From Clostridia bacterium (GTDB taxonomy: Bacteria; Bacillota; Clostridia; UMGS1810), in contig JAZREC010000007.1 in assembly GCA_045660605.1 (NCBI GenBank), positions 1-26,834 of the forward strand: a stretch of DNA of 26,834 nt, in the 5' to 3' direction. Under the pieces are notes generated by a model that was not told the origin of the DNA, searched no databases, and worked only from the letters and a program-made list of their open reading frames with translations. Shown here piece after piece: positions 1 to 10,064 of the stretch. Made by a program: the position numbers and the translations under genes. Position 1 is the first letter of the stretch. Each line of letters opens with the position of its first letter.

Positions 1-70
1 AAAAGATGTGGTAAAATTATAATATAAGAAGAACATCTTCTTAAAATTATCAGCGAAAGAGGGTATCAGT

Positions 71-592
71 ATGAAACTTAAAATCACCGGAAGAAAAATT
101 GACATCACCGAGGGTCTCAGAGAGTATACTACAGGCAAGCTTTCCAAGCTTGACAAATTTTTTGGAGACGAGGTAACTGCTGATGTCACAATGTCCGTTC
201 AAAAGGATAACCATATAATAGAAGTTACAATCCATCACAGCGGAATAATATACCGTGCAGAAGTCAGCGAACCTGATATGTATGCATCCATAGACAGAGT
301 CGAGGATGTGTTGGAAAGACAGATAAGAAAGCAAAAAACCCGTCTCGAAAAGCAATTAAGGGCAGGTGCATTCGAACAGCTTCCCGAATTTGGGGACATA
401 GAAGAAGAGGCGGAATTCAAGGTAGTAAAAACCAAAACATACTCCGCAAAACCGATGAATGTTGAAGAGGCAATACTTCAGATGAACCTTCTCGGCCATG
501 CCTTTTATATATTCCAAAACTCCGACACAATGGACAAAAATGTTGTGTACAAGAGAAAAGACGGAAACTACGGACTTATAGAACTGGAATAA
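71..592 (+). CDS. hpf: Ribosome hibernation promoting factor (long HPF / RaiA family)
   Basis: N-terminal S30AE-like domain (ITGRKIDITEGLREY...KLSKLDKFF, DMYASID...LERQIRKQK) plus long-HPF C-terminal domain (KPMNVEEAILQMNLLGHAFYIF...VVYKRKDGNYGLIE). Confidence 0.95.
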   Translation: MKLKITGRKIDITEGLREYTTGKLSKLDKFFGDEVTADVTMSVQKDNHIIEVTIHHSGIIYRAEVSEPDMYASIDRVEDVLERQIRKQKTRLEKQLRAGAFEQLPEFGDIEEEAEFKVVKTKTYSAKPMNVEEAILQMNLLGHAFYIFQNSDTMDKNVVYKRKDGNYGLIELE

Positions 593-596
593 ACAC

Positions 597-631
597 ACAG
601 AAACCGCATGAAAATGCGGTTTCTGTTTTTT
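597..631 (+). terminator. Intrinsic terminator of hpf
   Basis: ACAGAAACCGCAT-GAAA-ATGCGGTTTCTGT perfect 13-bp stem followed by a T tract. Confidence 0.9.
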
Positions 632-638
632 ATCTTGG

Positions 639-669
639 AAAAAAAAGCAGGACGATGTTGACATCGTCC
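639..669 (-). terminator. Intrinsic terminator of the convergent murA-MBL transcript
   Basis: GGACGATGT-tg-ACATCGTCC stem (650-669) with an A run at 639-646, which is a U tract on the minus strand. Confidence 0.75.
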
Positions 670-705
670 CTATACTTGATGATTATTTATAAATATCGCT
701 GTAAT

Positions 706-1491
706 TTACAATATTTCCGTAATCTCATTTGCACCTGCAACAGTAAGAAACACATCCCTGCCAACCTCAAAGCCGTTATCCGAAAGCATAGTATGTACTG
801 CCTTATATGCTTTTTCACTCGTATTGTTGTTTTCGCTTAAGTGTCCAAGAACAATATGCTTTGTGCCCCAGAGAGCAAGCTGGGTGGCAAGCCACGCACA
901 ATTTTCGTTACACAGGTGACCGCTGTCGGAAAGTATTCTCTTTTTTAATGGGTATGGATACATACCGCTGTTAAGCATATCCACATCGTGATTTGCTTCT
1001 ATAACAACCGCCTCGCTTCCTGCAAGTGCGGTAAGCATACTCTTTGTAACACAGCCTGTATCGGTTGCTACGGCCAGCTTTCTTCCGTCCATTGTAATTG
1101 TATAGCCTACGGACTCCGCAGAATCGTGCGGTGTCCCAAAAGCTCTTACAACGGCACTTCCGACTTCAAATTCCATGCCCGTTACAATCGGTCTTATGCA
1201 ATCTGAGCTTGGTGCATACGGTCCGCTTGCAAAGCCATCTAATGTAGCGTGGTTGGCATACACGGGTATGGAATACCTGCGGGTGAGAACACCCAGTCCC
1301 GACACATGGTCTGAGTGCTCATGTGTTACGAGTATACCGTCTATTTCGCTTGGCAAAACACCGATTTCTGAAAGCGAGCTTATTATCTTTGATGCACTTA
1401 CACCTGCATCTACAAGAAGATTGGTCTTCCCGTCCGATACATATATCGAATTGCCCTTGCTTGAGCTAAATAATGTGCAAAAACTAATCAT
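706..1491 (-). CDS. MBL-fold metallo-hydrolase, YycJ/WalJ-like
   Basis: SSSKGNS, LLVDAG, THEHSDH (HxHxDH), TPHD, EANHD, GHL and HLSENNN motifs typical of YycJ/WalJ. Confidence 0.85.
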   Translation of the reverse strand: MISFCTLFSSSKGNSIYVSDGKTNLLVDAGVSASKIISSLSEIGVLPSEIDGILVTHEHSDHVSGLGVLTRRYSIPVYANHATLDGFASGPYAPSSDCIRPIVTGMEFEVGSAVVRAFGTPHDSAESVGYTITMDGRKLAVATDTGCVTKSMLTALAGSEAVVIEANHDVDMLNSGMYPYPLKKRILSDSGHLCNENCAWLATQLALWGTKHIVLGHLSENNNTSEKAYKAVHTMLSDNGFEVGRDVFLTVAGANEITEIL

Positions 1492-2740
1492 CTATCCGTT
1501 TGATATCGGCGCCGAGTGCCTCGAGCTTTTCCACTATATGCTCATATCCTCTGTCGATATGGCGAAGCTCCTCTATCTCCGACACTCCGCTGCACGCAAG
1601 AGCCGCAATAACCATACTCGCTCCTGCTCTTAAGTCTGTTGCAACAACCTTTGCAGGTGTAAGCGGTGCACCGCCCTTGATAACAGCATTTCTGCCGTCT
1701 ATAGAAACCTTGGCGTTGAATTTGACAAGCTCGTCCACATACTGAAATCTAGTATCCCATACACCCTCAGTAACCACGCTTGTACCGTTTACGGTTGCAA
1801 GCATAACTACTGCCTGAGGCTGAAGATCTGTCGGAAATCCGGGATAGGGCATTGTCTTGATATTTATGGGACTTACGGGACCGTCTGTATATATACGGAC
1901 TTCCTCATCGCCCTCTTCTACACCGAAGCCCATTTCCATGAACTTGGCAGTTATTGCATCAAGGTGCTTGGGGATTACATTCTTTACTACAACATCTCCC
2001 CTTGTTGCCGCAGCGGCAAACATATATGTTCCCGCTTCTATCTGGTCGGGAATAATTGAATAGGTTCCTCCGTTTAGCTGAGGTACACCTGTAATTTTGA
2101 TTACATTGGTTCCTGCACCTCTTATCTGTGCTCCCATAGAATTTAAGAAGTTTGCAAGGTCAACTACATGCGGTTCTCTTGCAGCGTTCTCAAGTATGGT
2201 TCTTCCCGGGGCAAGCACAGCTGCTAAAATTGCATTGATTGTAGCTCCTACAGACACCACATCGAAGTAGATATTACCGCCTCTTAGTGATGATGCATCT
2301 ATCTTAAGGAACGGGTCGTCCTCTACCACACGGCAGTTGAGCATCTTAAATGCCTTGACATGCTGGTCTATGGGTCTTACACCGAAGTTACATCCTCCCG
2401 GGGGCGGAACATGGGCGTTTTTAAATCTGCCCGCAAGTGCACCCATAAGGTAGTATGAAGCACGCATCTTGGATGCAAGCACAGGATCTGCAACATATGT
2501 CTTAAGCTCGGTTGAATCTATGATAAGGGTGTTTTTATCCTCTCTCTCAACCTTTGCGCCGAGGGAGGTAATCATCCTGAGTATACTGTCTACATCGCTT
2601 ATATCAGGAACATTCTCTATACGGCAAACTCCCGTTACAAGAAGAGTGGCAGGAATTATCGCTACTGCCGCATTTTTGGCACCGCTTATTTCCACACTGC
2701 CCCTGAGTGGCTTGCCGCCGTTAATAAGAAGTCTTTCCAC
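1484..2740 (-). CDS. murA: UDP-N-acetylglucosamine 1-carboxyvinyltransferase
   Basis: GAKNAA, MRASYY, PGGCNFGVRPIDQH (active-site Cys), NAAREPHV, PGFPTDLQ, TDLRAGA, HIDRGYE; GTG start with AGGAGG RBS. Confidence 0.97.
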   Translation of the reverse strand: MERLLINGGKPLRGSVEISGAKNAAVAIIPATLLVTGVCRIENVPDISDVDSILRMITSLGAKVEREDKNTLIIDSTELKTYVADPVLASKMRASYYLMGALAGRFKNAHVPPPGGCNFGVRPIDQHVKAFKMLNCRVVEDDPFLKIDASSLRGGNIYFDVVSVGATINAILAAVLAPGRTILENAAREPHVVDLANFLNSMGAQIRGAGTNVIKITGVPQLNGGTYSIIPDQIEAGTYMFAAAATRGDVVVKNVIPKHLDAITAKFMEMGFGVEEGDEEVRIYTDGPVSPINIKTMPYPGFPTDLQPQAVVMLATVNGTSVVTEGVWDTRFQYVDELVKFNAKVSIDGRNAVIKGGAPLTPAKVVATDLRAGASMVIAALACSGVSEIEELRHIDRGYEHIVEKLEALGADIKRIDD

Positions 2741-2773
2741 AACAATCCTCCTCTTTTTTGAGATTATGAAAAA

Positions 2774-3496
2774 TTATTCTTCCCAGTTGTGGTAAATTTC
2801 CTGAACATCGTCGTTGTCTTCAAGGCTTTCTATAAGCTTTTCCATCATAAGAATATCGTGCTCATCGGTAAGCTTTATTGTGTTCTGGGGAATCTTTTCC
2901 ACACTTGCGGATTCAAACACATAGCCCTTTTCTTCAAGTGCGTCTCTTACACTTCTTAAGTCCTCGGGTGTGGTGGAAATCTCAAAGAATTCTCCCTCTC
3001 CGTTAAAGTCCTCTGCACCGCAGTCGAGAGCATCCATCATAAGAGTATCCTCGTCTGTATCTCCCTTTGCTACGATAATCATTCCCTTGGTATCGAACAT
3101 CCAGCTTACAGAGCCGTTTGTACCGAGGTTACCGCCGAATTTATCAAAATAGTGTCTGAGGTCCCCTGCGGTACGGTTTCTGTTATCGGTAAGAGTCTCT
3201 ACAATTACCGCCACTCCGCCTATGCCATAGCCCTCGTAGGTGATATCCTCATAGTTATCGGTATTGAGGTCGCCTGCAGCTTTTTTGATAACTCTTTGAA
3301 TGTTATCATTGGGCATATTGAAGGAACGAGCCTTTGCAATAGCGTCCTTAAGTCTGCCGTTTACCTCGGGGTCAGCACCGCCTGCTTTTGCGGCAACTGC
3401 AATCTCTCTGCCCATTTTTGTAAATATCTTGGCTTTCTGGGCATCGGATTTTTCTTTCTTGTGCTTTATATTATTCCACTTGGAATGTCCTGACAT
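2774..3496 (-). CDS. yebC: YebC/PmpR (TACO1) family protein
   Basis: MSGHSKWNNIKHKK, YEGYGIGGVAVIVETLTDNRNRT, DDVQEIYHN; start corrected from the ORF track (3589) to the ATG at 3496. Confidence 0.95.
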   Translation of the reverse strand: MSGHSKWNNIKHKKEKSDAQKAKIFTKMGREIAVAAKAGGADPEVNGRLKDAIAKARSFNMPNDNIQRVIKKAAGDLNTDNYEDITYEGYGIGGVAVIVETLTDNRNRTAGDLRHYFDKFGGNLGTNGSVSWMFDTKGMIIVAKGDTDEDTLMMDALDCGAEDFNGEGEFFEISTTPEDLRSVRDALEEKGYVFESASVEKIPQNTIKLTDEHDILMMEKLIESLEDNDDVQEIYHNWEE

Positions 3497-3577
3497 TTTT
3501 TCTGCCTCCTTAAAGGTTAAATAACCCCATTTTTTGCGGGCGGAACAGAGCCCCGCCCCTACTGATACTAACAATAT

Positions 3578-3607
3578 ATTATACCTCATATACTGTTATA
3601 TTGTCAA
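3578..3607 (-). promoter_or_regulatory. Sigma-A promoter for yebC(-murA-MBL)
   Basis: Minus strand TTGACA (3607-3602), 18-nt spacer, TATAAT (3583-3578). Confidence 0.65.
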
Positions 3608-3609
3608 GA

Positions 3610-4851
3610 TTAACCTTTGATAAGTCTTGCCTCTACATAAAATCTCTTGTCGCATGCCTCACCCATGGAAAATGTCTTTCGGGGAAGTGCACCGTCTATT
3701 GCAACAGTCTTAAAAAGGTCGTTCTTATCCATCGCATCAAGTATTATTCCATAGTTTTCACCGCACGAGAGTTCTCTTACTACATCCTCTCCGTGTATGT
3801 AATCCACCTTGCCTTTTTGTGTCTTAAGATACTCATCTATAAAGTTCTGAATAGACCCTACAGTTATATTGGCTGTGGGATTTGTAATGTGCCATACGGT
3901 TTCCTCGCCATTATGAACAAGAACAAAGCTCTGGTCTCCCTCACCCATCTTTGCAACCTCTTTGAGTGCATTTTCAAACAGTGCACAGTCAACATCAAAA
4001 ACAACCCTGTGTATAGCCTCAAATTCCAGAGATTCATCATGTAAGTTTACAAGCTCGCAAAGTGCATAGCGGGCAAGATTTGCATCTCCGTCTATTACTT
4101 TGTCCTTAACCTTGTTATAATATTCCTTTGCTGTTGCAAGAGAATGGTTTCCGTCTCCCATTGCATATACAAGAGGTGTTTTTTCGTTAAGACCGTACCT
4201 TGAATTAAACACCTCTGTATCATCGAGTGCACCGAGCTTTTCCTCAAGATAGCGGGAAGTATCTTCGTCTATCTTATAGCCTGTTATATGACCCGAATTC
4301 ATCATAAGGTCAAAATCATAGAGCTTTTGGAAGCTGTCCTTTCTTCTTCCGACCTCTTCTATTATATCCTTTTCGGGATTGTCTGCCAGAATCATAATAT
4401 GCGGAAGCTCTACACACGCATTTTCCCTCACCTTGAGTCTGGGGGGAATTCTTTCTACAACTGTCATTTCGGTTGCGCGGACCTTGGATGAGCTTCCCTT
4501 TGAATAGTCATATTCCTCAAGGTCAATTGCACCTACTATTCCCTTTCGCACAGAGCCGTTATTTAAGGTTCTTTCCACATATATAAAGCACTTTCCTGTG
4601 CTTTCAAAAACACCGTCATCGAGGTATTTCTGCATGTTTTTGTTAAGCGAAGAAATACGCTCGGAAACATCGTCCGCCTCAAGATAAACCTCGGGAAGAA
4701 TAAGCCTCATGGCAGAGGGGCTGTCCCCCGCAATCTTGTCCGCCTCGTCCCAGTACAGTGGCTCGGATGTGTACTGGTCGCAGGCAACAACTGCCCACTT
4801 TTTCATATCTGCATTTTTTGGCAGAAGTATATCAGCTTTTGAAAAAATCAT
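3610..4851 (-). CDS. DUF1015-family protein
   Basis: VVACDQYTS, VRATEMT...RIPPR, GDGNHSLATAK, LPRKTFSMG motifs recalled from DUF1015 proteins; not confirmed by an HMM search. Confidence 0.75.
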   Translation of the reverse strand: MIFSKADILLPKNADMKKWAVVACDQYTSEPLYWDEADKIAGDSPSAMRLILPEVYLEADDVSERISSLNKNMQKYLDDGVFESTGKCFIYVERTLNNGSVRKGIVGAIDLEEYDYSKGSSSKVRATEMTVVERIPPRLKVRENACVELPHIMILADNPEKDIIEEVGRRKDSFQKLYDFDLMMNSGHITGYKIDEDTSRYLEEKLGALDDTEVFNSRYGLNEKTPLVYAMGDGNHSLATAKEYYNKVKDKVIDGDANLARYALCELVNLHDESLEFEAIHRVVFDVDCALFENALKEVAKMGEGDQSFVLVHNGEETVWHITNPTANITVGSIQNFIDEYLKTQKGKVDYIHGEDVVRELSCGENYGIILDAMDKNDLFKTVAIDGALPRKTFSMGEACDKRFYVEARLIKG

Positions 4852-4945
4852 TATATTACCTTCTTTATATATTTTATTACTATAATTATACTAAATTTTT
4901 CTATATATATCAAGAAGCTTTTTATGTTTTGTGTTATAAAATTTA

Positions 4946-4972
4946 AGAGGCCGGTTATATAAACCGACCTCT
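4946..4972 (-). terminator. Probable terminator after rnc
   Basis: AGAGGCCGGTT...AACCGACCTCT imperfect stem just downstream of the rnc stop; weak U tract. Confidence 0.5.
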
Positions 4973-4981
4973 GCCAAACAA

Positions 4982-5665
4982 TTAAATACATTTAATGTAC
5001 GCCAAACGCGCAGCCTCCTGCTCAGCCTTTTTCTTACTGCTTCCCTTGCCTCTGGCAATTTCCTTGCCGTCTACAAGTGCAGACACCTCAAAGCATTTGG
5101 CATGCTCGGGACCTGTCTCTGTTATGACCTTGTAAGAAAGCGACATCCCCCTCGACTGTACAAGCTCCTGAAGACCAGACTTATAATTTGTCACGGTGTT
5201 AAGCTCGGTATATTCTTCTATGTCACTCAAAAGATTGTCTATGACAAGCTTTCTTGCACACTCATATCCGCCGTCTATATACACCGCGGCAATTACCGCC
5301 TCCATGGCATCGGAAAGAGTTGATGAGCGTTCTCTTCCGCCCGACTTTATCTCACCCTTGCCAAGCTCCAGATACTTTCCCAAATTAAGCTTTCGTGCCA
5401 TTTTTGCAAGCGAATTTTCGCAAACAAGTCTGGCTCTCAGCTCCGTAAGTCTGCCCTCGGGATATGTCTTAAGATTAGTAAAAATATATTCGCTTACCGC
5501 CAAGGACAAAACCGAATCCCCAAAAAACTCAAGTCTTTGATTTGAATAAATCCTCTCTACGTTTCTCTCATTGAGATAAGAGGGATGAACCAGAGCATTT
5601 TTAAGAAGCGTCTTATCCCGGAAGGTATAGCCAAGACTTTTTTCCAATTCCTTGATATCAGCCAT
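4982..5665 (-). CDS. rnc: Ribonuclease III
   Basis: NQRLEFFGDSVL signature, DAMEAVIAAVYIDGG, C-terminal dsRBD (YKSGLQELVQ...GKGSSKKKAEQEAA). Confidence 0.97.
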   Translation of the reverse strand: MADIKELEKSLGYTFRDKTLLKNALVHPSYLNERNVERIYSNQRLEFFGDSVLSLAVSEYIFTNLKTYPEGRLTELRARLVCENSLAKMARKLNLGKYLELGKGEIKSGGRERSSTLSDAMEAVIAAVYIDGGYECARKLVIDNLLSDIEEYTELNTVTNYKSGLQELVQSRGMSLSYKVITETGPEHAKCFEVSALVDGKEIARGKGSSKKKAEQEAARLAYIKCI

Positions 5666-5701
5666 ATTAGTCCCCTTGCGTTTTTTCCATTTTGGATAAA
5701 A

Positions 5702-5929
5702 TTATGAATTTGCTTTGATATATTCTACTGCAGCGCCTACTGTTGTAAGCGTTTCTACCTCGTCTTCGGGAATTTCGATACCGAATTCCTCCTCCATAGT
5801 CATAATAAGCTCTACTATGTCGAGAGAATCTGCACCAAGGTCATCAATAAACGATGCGTCCATTGTAATATCAGCCTCATCAATATTAAGCTGGTCTACA
5901 AGAATTTCCTTAATCTTATCAAACTCCAT
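5702..5929 (-). CDS. acpP: Acyl carrier protein
   Basis: [14 protein letters not shown] phosphopantetheine-Ser motif; acidic 75-aa protein. Confidence 0.97.
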   Translation of the reverse strand: MEFDKIKEILVDQLNIDEADITMDASFIDDLGADSLDIVELIMTMEEEFGIEIPEDEVETLTTVGAAVEYIKANS

Positions 5930-6002
5930 TCATTTCACCTCCTTAACAATATATAATAGTATATATTGTATATAACAAAAATGCAAGCATTTTATAAATT
6001 TT

Positions 6003-7040
6003 TTAATTAACCTTTACTCTGCTCCATATATCCGTATGCTTCTTTACAAGCTCAGGGTCATAGGTAAATACCTCAAGATTTTCTGTCTTTGATATATCGG
6101 GGTAGCGGAGAGGATTGTTTTTCACCTCATCGGCAAGAAGCTTTCTTCCTTCCTCGTTAGCTGTTGAATAGCCGATATATTCCGCATTCATCTTTGCAAT
6201 TTCGGGTCTGCACATGAAGTCGATGAAAAGCTCTGCTTCCTTCTGATGACGGCTGGTATTTGGAATTACCATGCTGTCAAACCACAGATTTGAGCCCTCC
6301 TCGGGTACGGAGTATCGAAGCGAGTCATTGAGCTCCATGCAGTAGAACGCATCACCTGACCATGCGATAGTCATTGCACCCTCGCCTGCTATCATCTTGT
6401 CCTTAACCTCGTCTCCGCAGTATGCCTTTACAAGCGGTTTTTGCTCTGTAAGTGCCTTTTCTGCTTCCTTAAGCTCCTTATCGTTTGTGCTGTTCATGGA
6501 ATAGCCGAGGCTCTTTAAGGTTATGGATATCATATCCCTTTCAGAATCGAGCATAAAGATTTCGCCCTTATATTTTTCGCTGAATATTGCCTGCCAGCTC
6601 TTTACATCCTCTTTATCAACCATGTCCTTGTTGTATAGTATGCCCATTGTGCCCCACATATACGGAACACTGTATTCTCCTTTTGGGTCGTATGGATGGT
6701 TTTTGTACTGGTCGCCTATATTTTTATAATTGGGAATATTGTCAAGATTGATTTTATTGAGCATTCCTTCCTTTATCATGCGCTCTACCATACAATCGGA
6801 CGGGAACACAACATCATATGCGGTTCTTCCGCTCATAACCTTTGCGTGCATTTCCTCATTGGCATAAAAGGTCTCGTAATTGACCTTGATTTCGGGATAC
6901 TCCTCTTCAAAAAGCGAAATTACCTCTTCGTCTATATAATCGCCTACATTGTACACATATATTGTCGTCTTCTTCTCACAGCCTGTAAAAAGCGATGCAA
7001 GAAGCACAAGGGAGAGAATAGAAGCTAAAATCTTTTTCAT
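6003..7040 (-). CDS. potD: Spermidine/putrescine ABC transporter substrate-binding lipoprotein
   Basis: Lipobox FTGC, VPYMWGTMGILYN, WSGDA, EGSNLWFD; start corrected to ATG 7040 behind GGAGG (7051-7055). Confidence 0.9.
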   Translation of the reverse strand: MKKILASILSLVLLASLFTGCEKKTTIYVYNVGDYIDEEVISLFEEEYPEIKVNYETFYANEEMHAKVMSGRTAYDVVFPSDCMVERMIKEGMLNKINLDNIPNYKNIGDQYKNHPYDPKGEYSVPYMWGTMGILYNKDMVDKEDVKSWQAIFSEKYKGEIFMLDSERDMISITLKSLGYSMNSTNDKELKEAEKALTEQKPLVKAYCGDEVKDKMIAGEGAMTIAWSGDAFYCMELNDSLRYSVPEEGSNLWFDSMVIPNTSRHQKEAELFIDFMCRPEIAKMNAEYIGYSTANEEGRKLLADEVKNNPLRYPDISKTENLEVFTYDPELVKKHTDIWSRVKVN

Positions 7041-7058
7041 AATTTGAATACCTCCGTG

Positions 7059-7335
7059 TAAGCACACGGAAGTCGAACCCCGTATGCCTTAAATTTTTAA
7101 AATTTGCACACTTTTCATTTGTCGTCCTCGCAAGGCGTCAGCCTTCCTTCGTCCTCCGCATAAAAACTATACTAAATTTTATGCATTTAAGGTCGAAGAG
7201 TTTTAAGATAGCCAATCTTGTGTCAAGACAAGTAAAATCTCGCAGGGAATACTTTCGTATTTTCAAGAGATTTTATGCGGGATTGACTAAAATTGTCATC
7301 TTAAAACCATACTGGGTTCAACTCCCGTGTGCTTA
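7059..7335. mobile_element. 277-bp MITE-like structured element, copy 1 (between potC and potD)
   Basis: Terminal inverted repeats TAAGCACACGGRAGTYGAACCC, TA at both ends, ungapped ~90% match to 23174-23450, no credible ORF. Confidence 0.8.
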
Positions 7336-8130
7336 GTTAATAAGTACATTGTCATTGTCCTTGGAAGTCCGCTTATTTATTACAAAAAGCAAAAGCATTA
7401 TCACAAGGAACATAACGGTAGAAAGTGCATTGATTTTTGGATTGAGTCTCTTTGCTGTGGTATATACATAAATAGAAAGATTGCTCACTCCGTTGCCCGT
7501 CGTAAAGAAGCTGATTACAAAATCGTCTATAGACAGGGTAAACGCCATAAGAAGACCCGTAATAATACCCGGCATTATTTCGGGCAGAACGACCTTCTTA
7601 AATGCCTCCCACGGTCTTGCACCGAGGTCAACCGCCGCTTCATACAGATTGTTATCAAGCTGAATGAGCTTGGGTGTTACAGAGAGTATCACATACGGAA
7701 TATTGAATGTGATGTGTGCAAGAAGCATGGTAAGCATACCGCTCGGTATCCTCAGCACTATAAAGAGCATCATAAGCGATACACCGATTACAAGCTCACT
7801 GCTGACCATGGGCAAATTTGTAACTGTATTTATAAAGTTTCTTAGTCTTTTCTTTCTGAAAGCGTGTATTCCTATTGCCGCGGCTGTTCCTATGACGCAT
7901 GATACAAATGCCGACAGAACTCCGACAATAAGAGTTGTGGAAAGTGCAGACATAAGAGAAGAATCATTGAGCATTTCCGCATACCATTTGAGCGAAAATC
8001 CTCCCCAGACTCCTCTGGATTTGGATTCATTAAATGAAAAGACCATAAGCACCGCTATCGGTACATACAGAAACATAAATATGCTGTACAGATATATGCT
8101 TTCAAAAAATTTTCTTAGTTTTCTTTTCAA
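7333..8130 (-). CDS. potC: Spermidine/putrescine ABC transporter permease PotC
   Basis: LYEAAVDLGA EAA motif, FTLSIDDFVISFF, PKINALST; TTG start. Confidence 0.92.
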   Translation of the reverse strand: MKRKLRKFFESIYLYSIFMFLYVPIAVLMVFSFNESKSRGVWGGFSLKWYAEMLNDSSLMSALSTTLIVGVLSAFVSCVIGTAAAIGIHAFRKKRLRNFINTVTNLPMVSSELVIGVSLMMLFIVLRIPSGMLTMLLAHITFNIPYVILSVTPKLIQLDNNLYEAAVDLGARPWEAFKKVVLPEIMPGIITGLLMAFTLSIDDFVISFFTTGNGVSNLSIYVYTTAKRLNPKINALSTVMFLVIMLLLFVINKRTSKDNDNVLIN

Positions 8131-8148
8131 ATTACTGTCTCACTCCTG

Positions 8149-8997
8149 TCAGAATATATCCATCTGTTTGTTTCCTTTGTTAAAAAGATTCATAATTCCC
8201 ATAGAGAAGAACATGAGAATCATCATAACTATAGCCATTGCCGAACCGTAACCCCAGTCGCTTGCTCCGAGAAACTGTCTTTCTATGAGGTTACCCACAA
8301 GCATTGTATGCCCTCCGCCGAAAATGTTTGAAATATAGAAGGTTGTAATTGACGGAAGAAAAACCATTGTTATTCCCGAAACCACACCCGGAAGGCTCAT
8401 AGGAACGGTTACCTTAATAAATACCTTTAAGGGATTTGCTCCAAGGTCTTCGGCGGCTTCCTTGATGCTTGAATCTATCTTGATAAGCACCGTATATATC
8501 GGAAGTATCATAAAGGGTATAAAGTCATATACCATTCCGAGTATTACTGCACCCGTAGTGTACAAAATATTGACATCGGGAAGACCCAGAAATCTCAGTA
8601 CCGTGTTGAGAAGTCCGTTTGTCTCCAGAATTGTAAGCCATGAGTAAGTTCTGAGCATCATGTTCATCCACATGGGCATGACAAAAAGAAGAAACATGGT
8701 ACTGCTTTTTTTGCCCTTTTTCTGCCGTTCTCTTTCTCTGCTGGCAAGTATGTATGCAACAGGATATCCGAGACCGAGGCAGAAAACCGTACTGAGAAGT
8801 GCTATCCAAAGCGAATATCCAAATGTTCTTAAATACAGAGTATCTTCAAAAAGCTTTATGTAATTATTTAAGGAAAAATCTCCCGTGCCGTTTGGTGTAA
8901 GAATGTTTATGCTGTAAAGGAGGATTATTACCATGGGTACAAGCACAAAAACAAGCATCCACGCAAGATGGGGATATGCAAGAGACTTCTTATACAT
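8149..8997 (-). CDS. potB: Spermidine/putrescine ABC transporter permease PotB
   Basis: GYPVAY, PFMILPIY, EAAEDLGA; start corrected to ATG 8997 after AAGGAGG. Confidence 0.92.
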   Translation of the reverse strand: MYKKSLAYPHLAWMLVFVLVPMVIILLYSINILTPNGTGDFSLNNYIKLFEDTLYLRTFGYSLWIALLSTVFCLGLGYPVAYILASRERERQKKGKKSSTMFLLFVMPMWMNMMLRTYSWLTILETNGLLNTVLRFLGLPDVNILYTTGAVILGMVYDFIPFMILPIYTVLIKIDSSIKEAAEDLGANPLKVFIKVTVPMSLPGVVSGITMVFLPSITTFYISNIFGGGHTMLVGNLIERQFLGASDWGYGSAMAIVMMILMFFSMGIMNLFNKGNKQMDIF

Positions 8998-9011
8998 GCT
9001 GTCCCTCCTTA

Positions 9012-10049
9012 TCAAGACTTGTTCATTACATGGATATCAAAGGGCTTAACAAGAATTCCGACCTCTGTACCCGCAGGGAAAAGCGTTGTATCGTGAACAA
9101 GCCACCTTCCTCCGCCGTCTGTAATAACACACATTTCGTAGTGAACACCTTTGAAAATTGCACTCTCAACAGTGCCCCTGAGCTTGCCCTTATCGGGTTC
9201 GACAAGGTATATATCTTCGGGACGGACAACCACATCTACAGCGGTGTCTCTTCCAAAGCCCTTATCAACACACTCAAAGTCAACACCCTCGATATTTACA
9301 AGACAGTCCTCTTTCATAACCGAAGAGACAATATTGCTCTTACCTATGAAATCCGCAACATAAGCGTTTACGGGTTCGTTGTATATATCAGTGGGCTTTC
9401 CTATCTGCTGGATTGTGCCTTCCTTCATAACCACAACCGTATCGGACATGGTGAGGGCTTCCTCCTGATCGTGAGTTACATATATAAAGGTTATTCCAAG
9501 CTCCTTTTGCATATTCTTGAGCTCGAGCTGCATAGCCTGTCTGAGCTTTAAGTCAAGTGCGGCAAGAGGCTCGTCAAGCAGAAGCACGGACGGCTCGTTT
9601 ACAAGCGCCCTTGCAATTGCAACTCTCTGTTGCTGACCGCCTGAGAGTGCATTTATACTGCGTTTTTCATACCCCTTGAGGTTGACAAGCTCCAGCATTT
9701 CGCTAACCTTTTTTTCGATTTCTTTTCTGTCGGTATTTTTGAGCTTGAGTCCGAATGCAATATTGTCTGCCACATTGAGATGCGGAAACAGAGCATACTT
9801 CTGAAAGACAGTATTTACCGTTCTTTCATAAGGGGGTGTACTTAAAATACTCTTGCCCTCAAATATTACATCGCCTGAGTCGGGGGTTTCAAATCCGCCA
9901 ATAATTCTGAGTATTGTGGATTTACCGCAGCCGCTCGGTCCAAGAAGGGTAACAAACTCGTTTTTATCTATATATAAATTGATGTCGCTGAGCACCTGAG
10001 TATCATCAAAGCTCTTGCACAGATTTTTGAGTTCAATAAGATGTTCCAT
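9012..10049 (-). CDS. potA: Spermidine/putrescine ABC transporter ATPase
   Basis: [40 protein letters not shown]-terminal TOBE-like region. Confidence 0.95.
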   Translation of the reverse strand: MEHLIELKNLCKSFDDTQVLSDINLYIDKNEFVTLLGPSGCGKSTILRIIGGFETPDSGDVIFEGKSILSTPPYERTVNTVFQKYALFPHLNVADNIAFGLKLKNTDRKEIEKKVSEMLELVNLKGYEKRSINALSGGQQQRVAIARALVNEPSVLLLDEPLAALDLKLRQAMQLELKNMQKELGITFIYVTHDQEEALTMSDTVVVMKEGTIQQIGKPTDIYNEPVNAYVADFIGKSNIVSSVMKEDCLVNIEGVDFECVDKGFGRDTAVDVVVRPEDIYLVEPDKGKLRGTVESAIFKGVHYEMCVITDGGGRWLVHDTTLFPAGTEVGILVKPFDIHVMNKS

Positions 10050-10064
10050 AGGCTTACTCCTTAA

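Noticed and set aside
3536-3558. GC-rich hairpin upstream of yebC considered as a terminator or riboswitch
   Set aside because: No U tract follows it on either strand and it is too small to assign; probably a 5' stabilising hairpin.
2774-3589. ORF-track N-terminal extensions for yebC, potD, potB and the XRE regulator
   Set aside because: The downstream ATGs match family N-termini, and those of potD and potB have clear RBSs; the extensions run through promoter, leader or overlapping upstream sequence.
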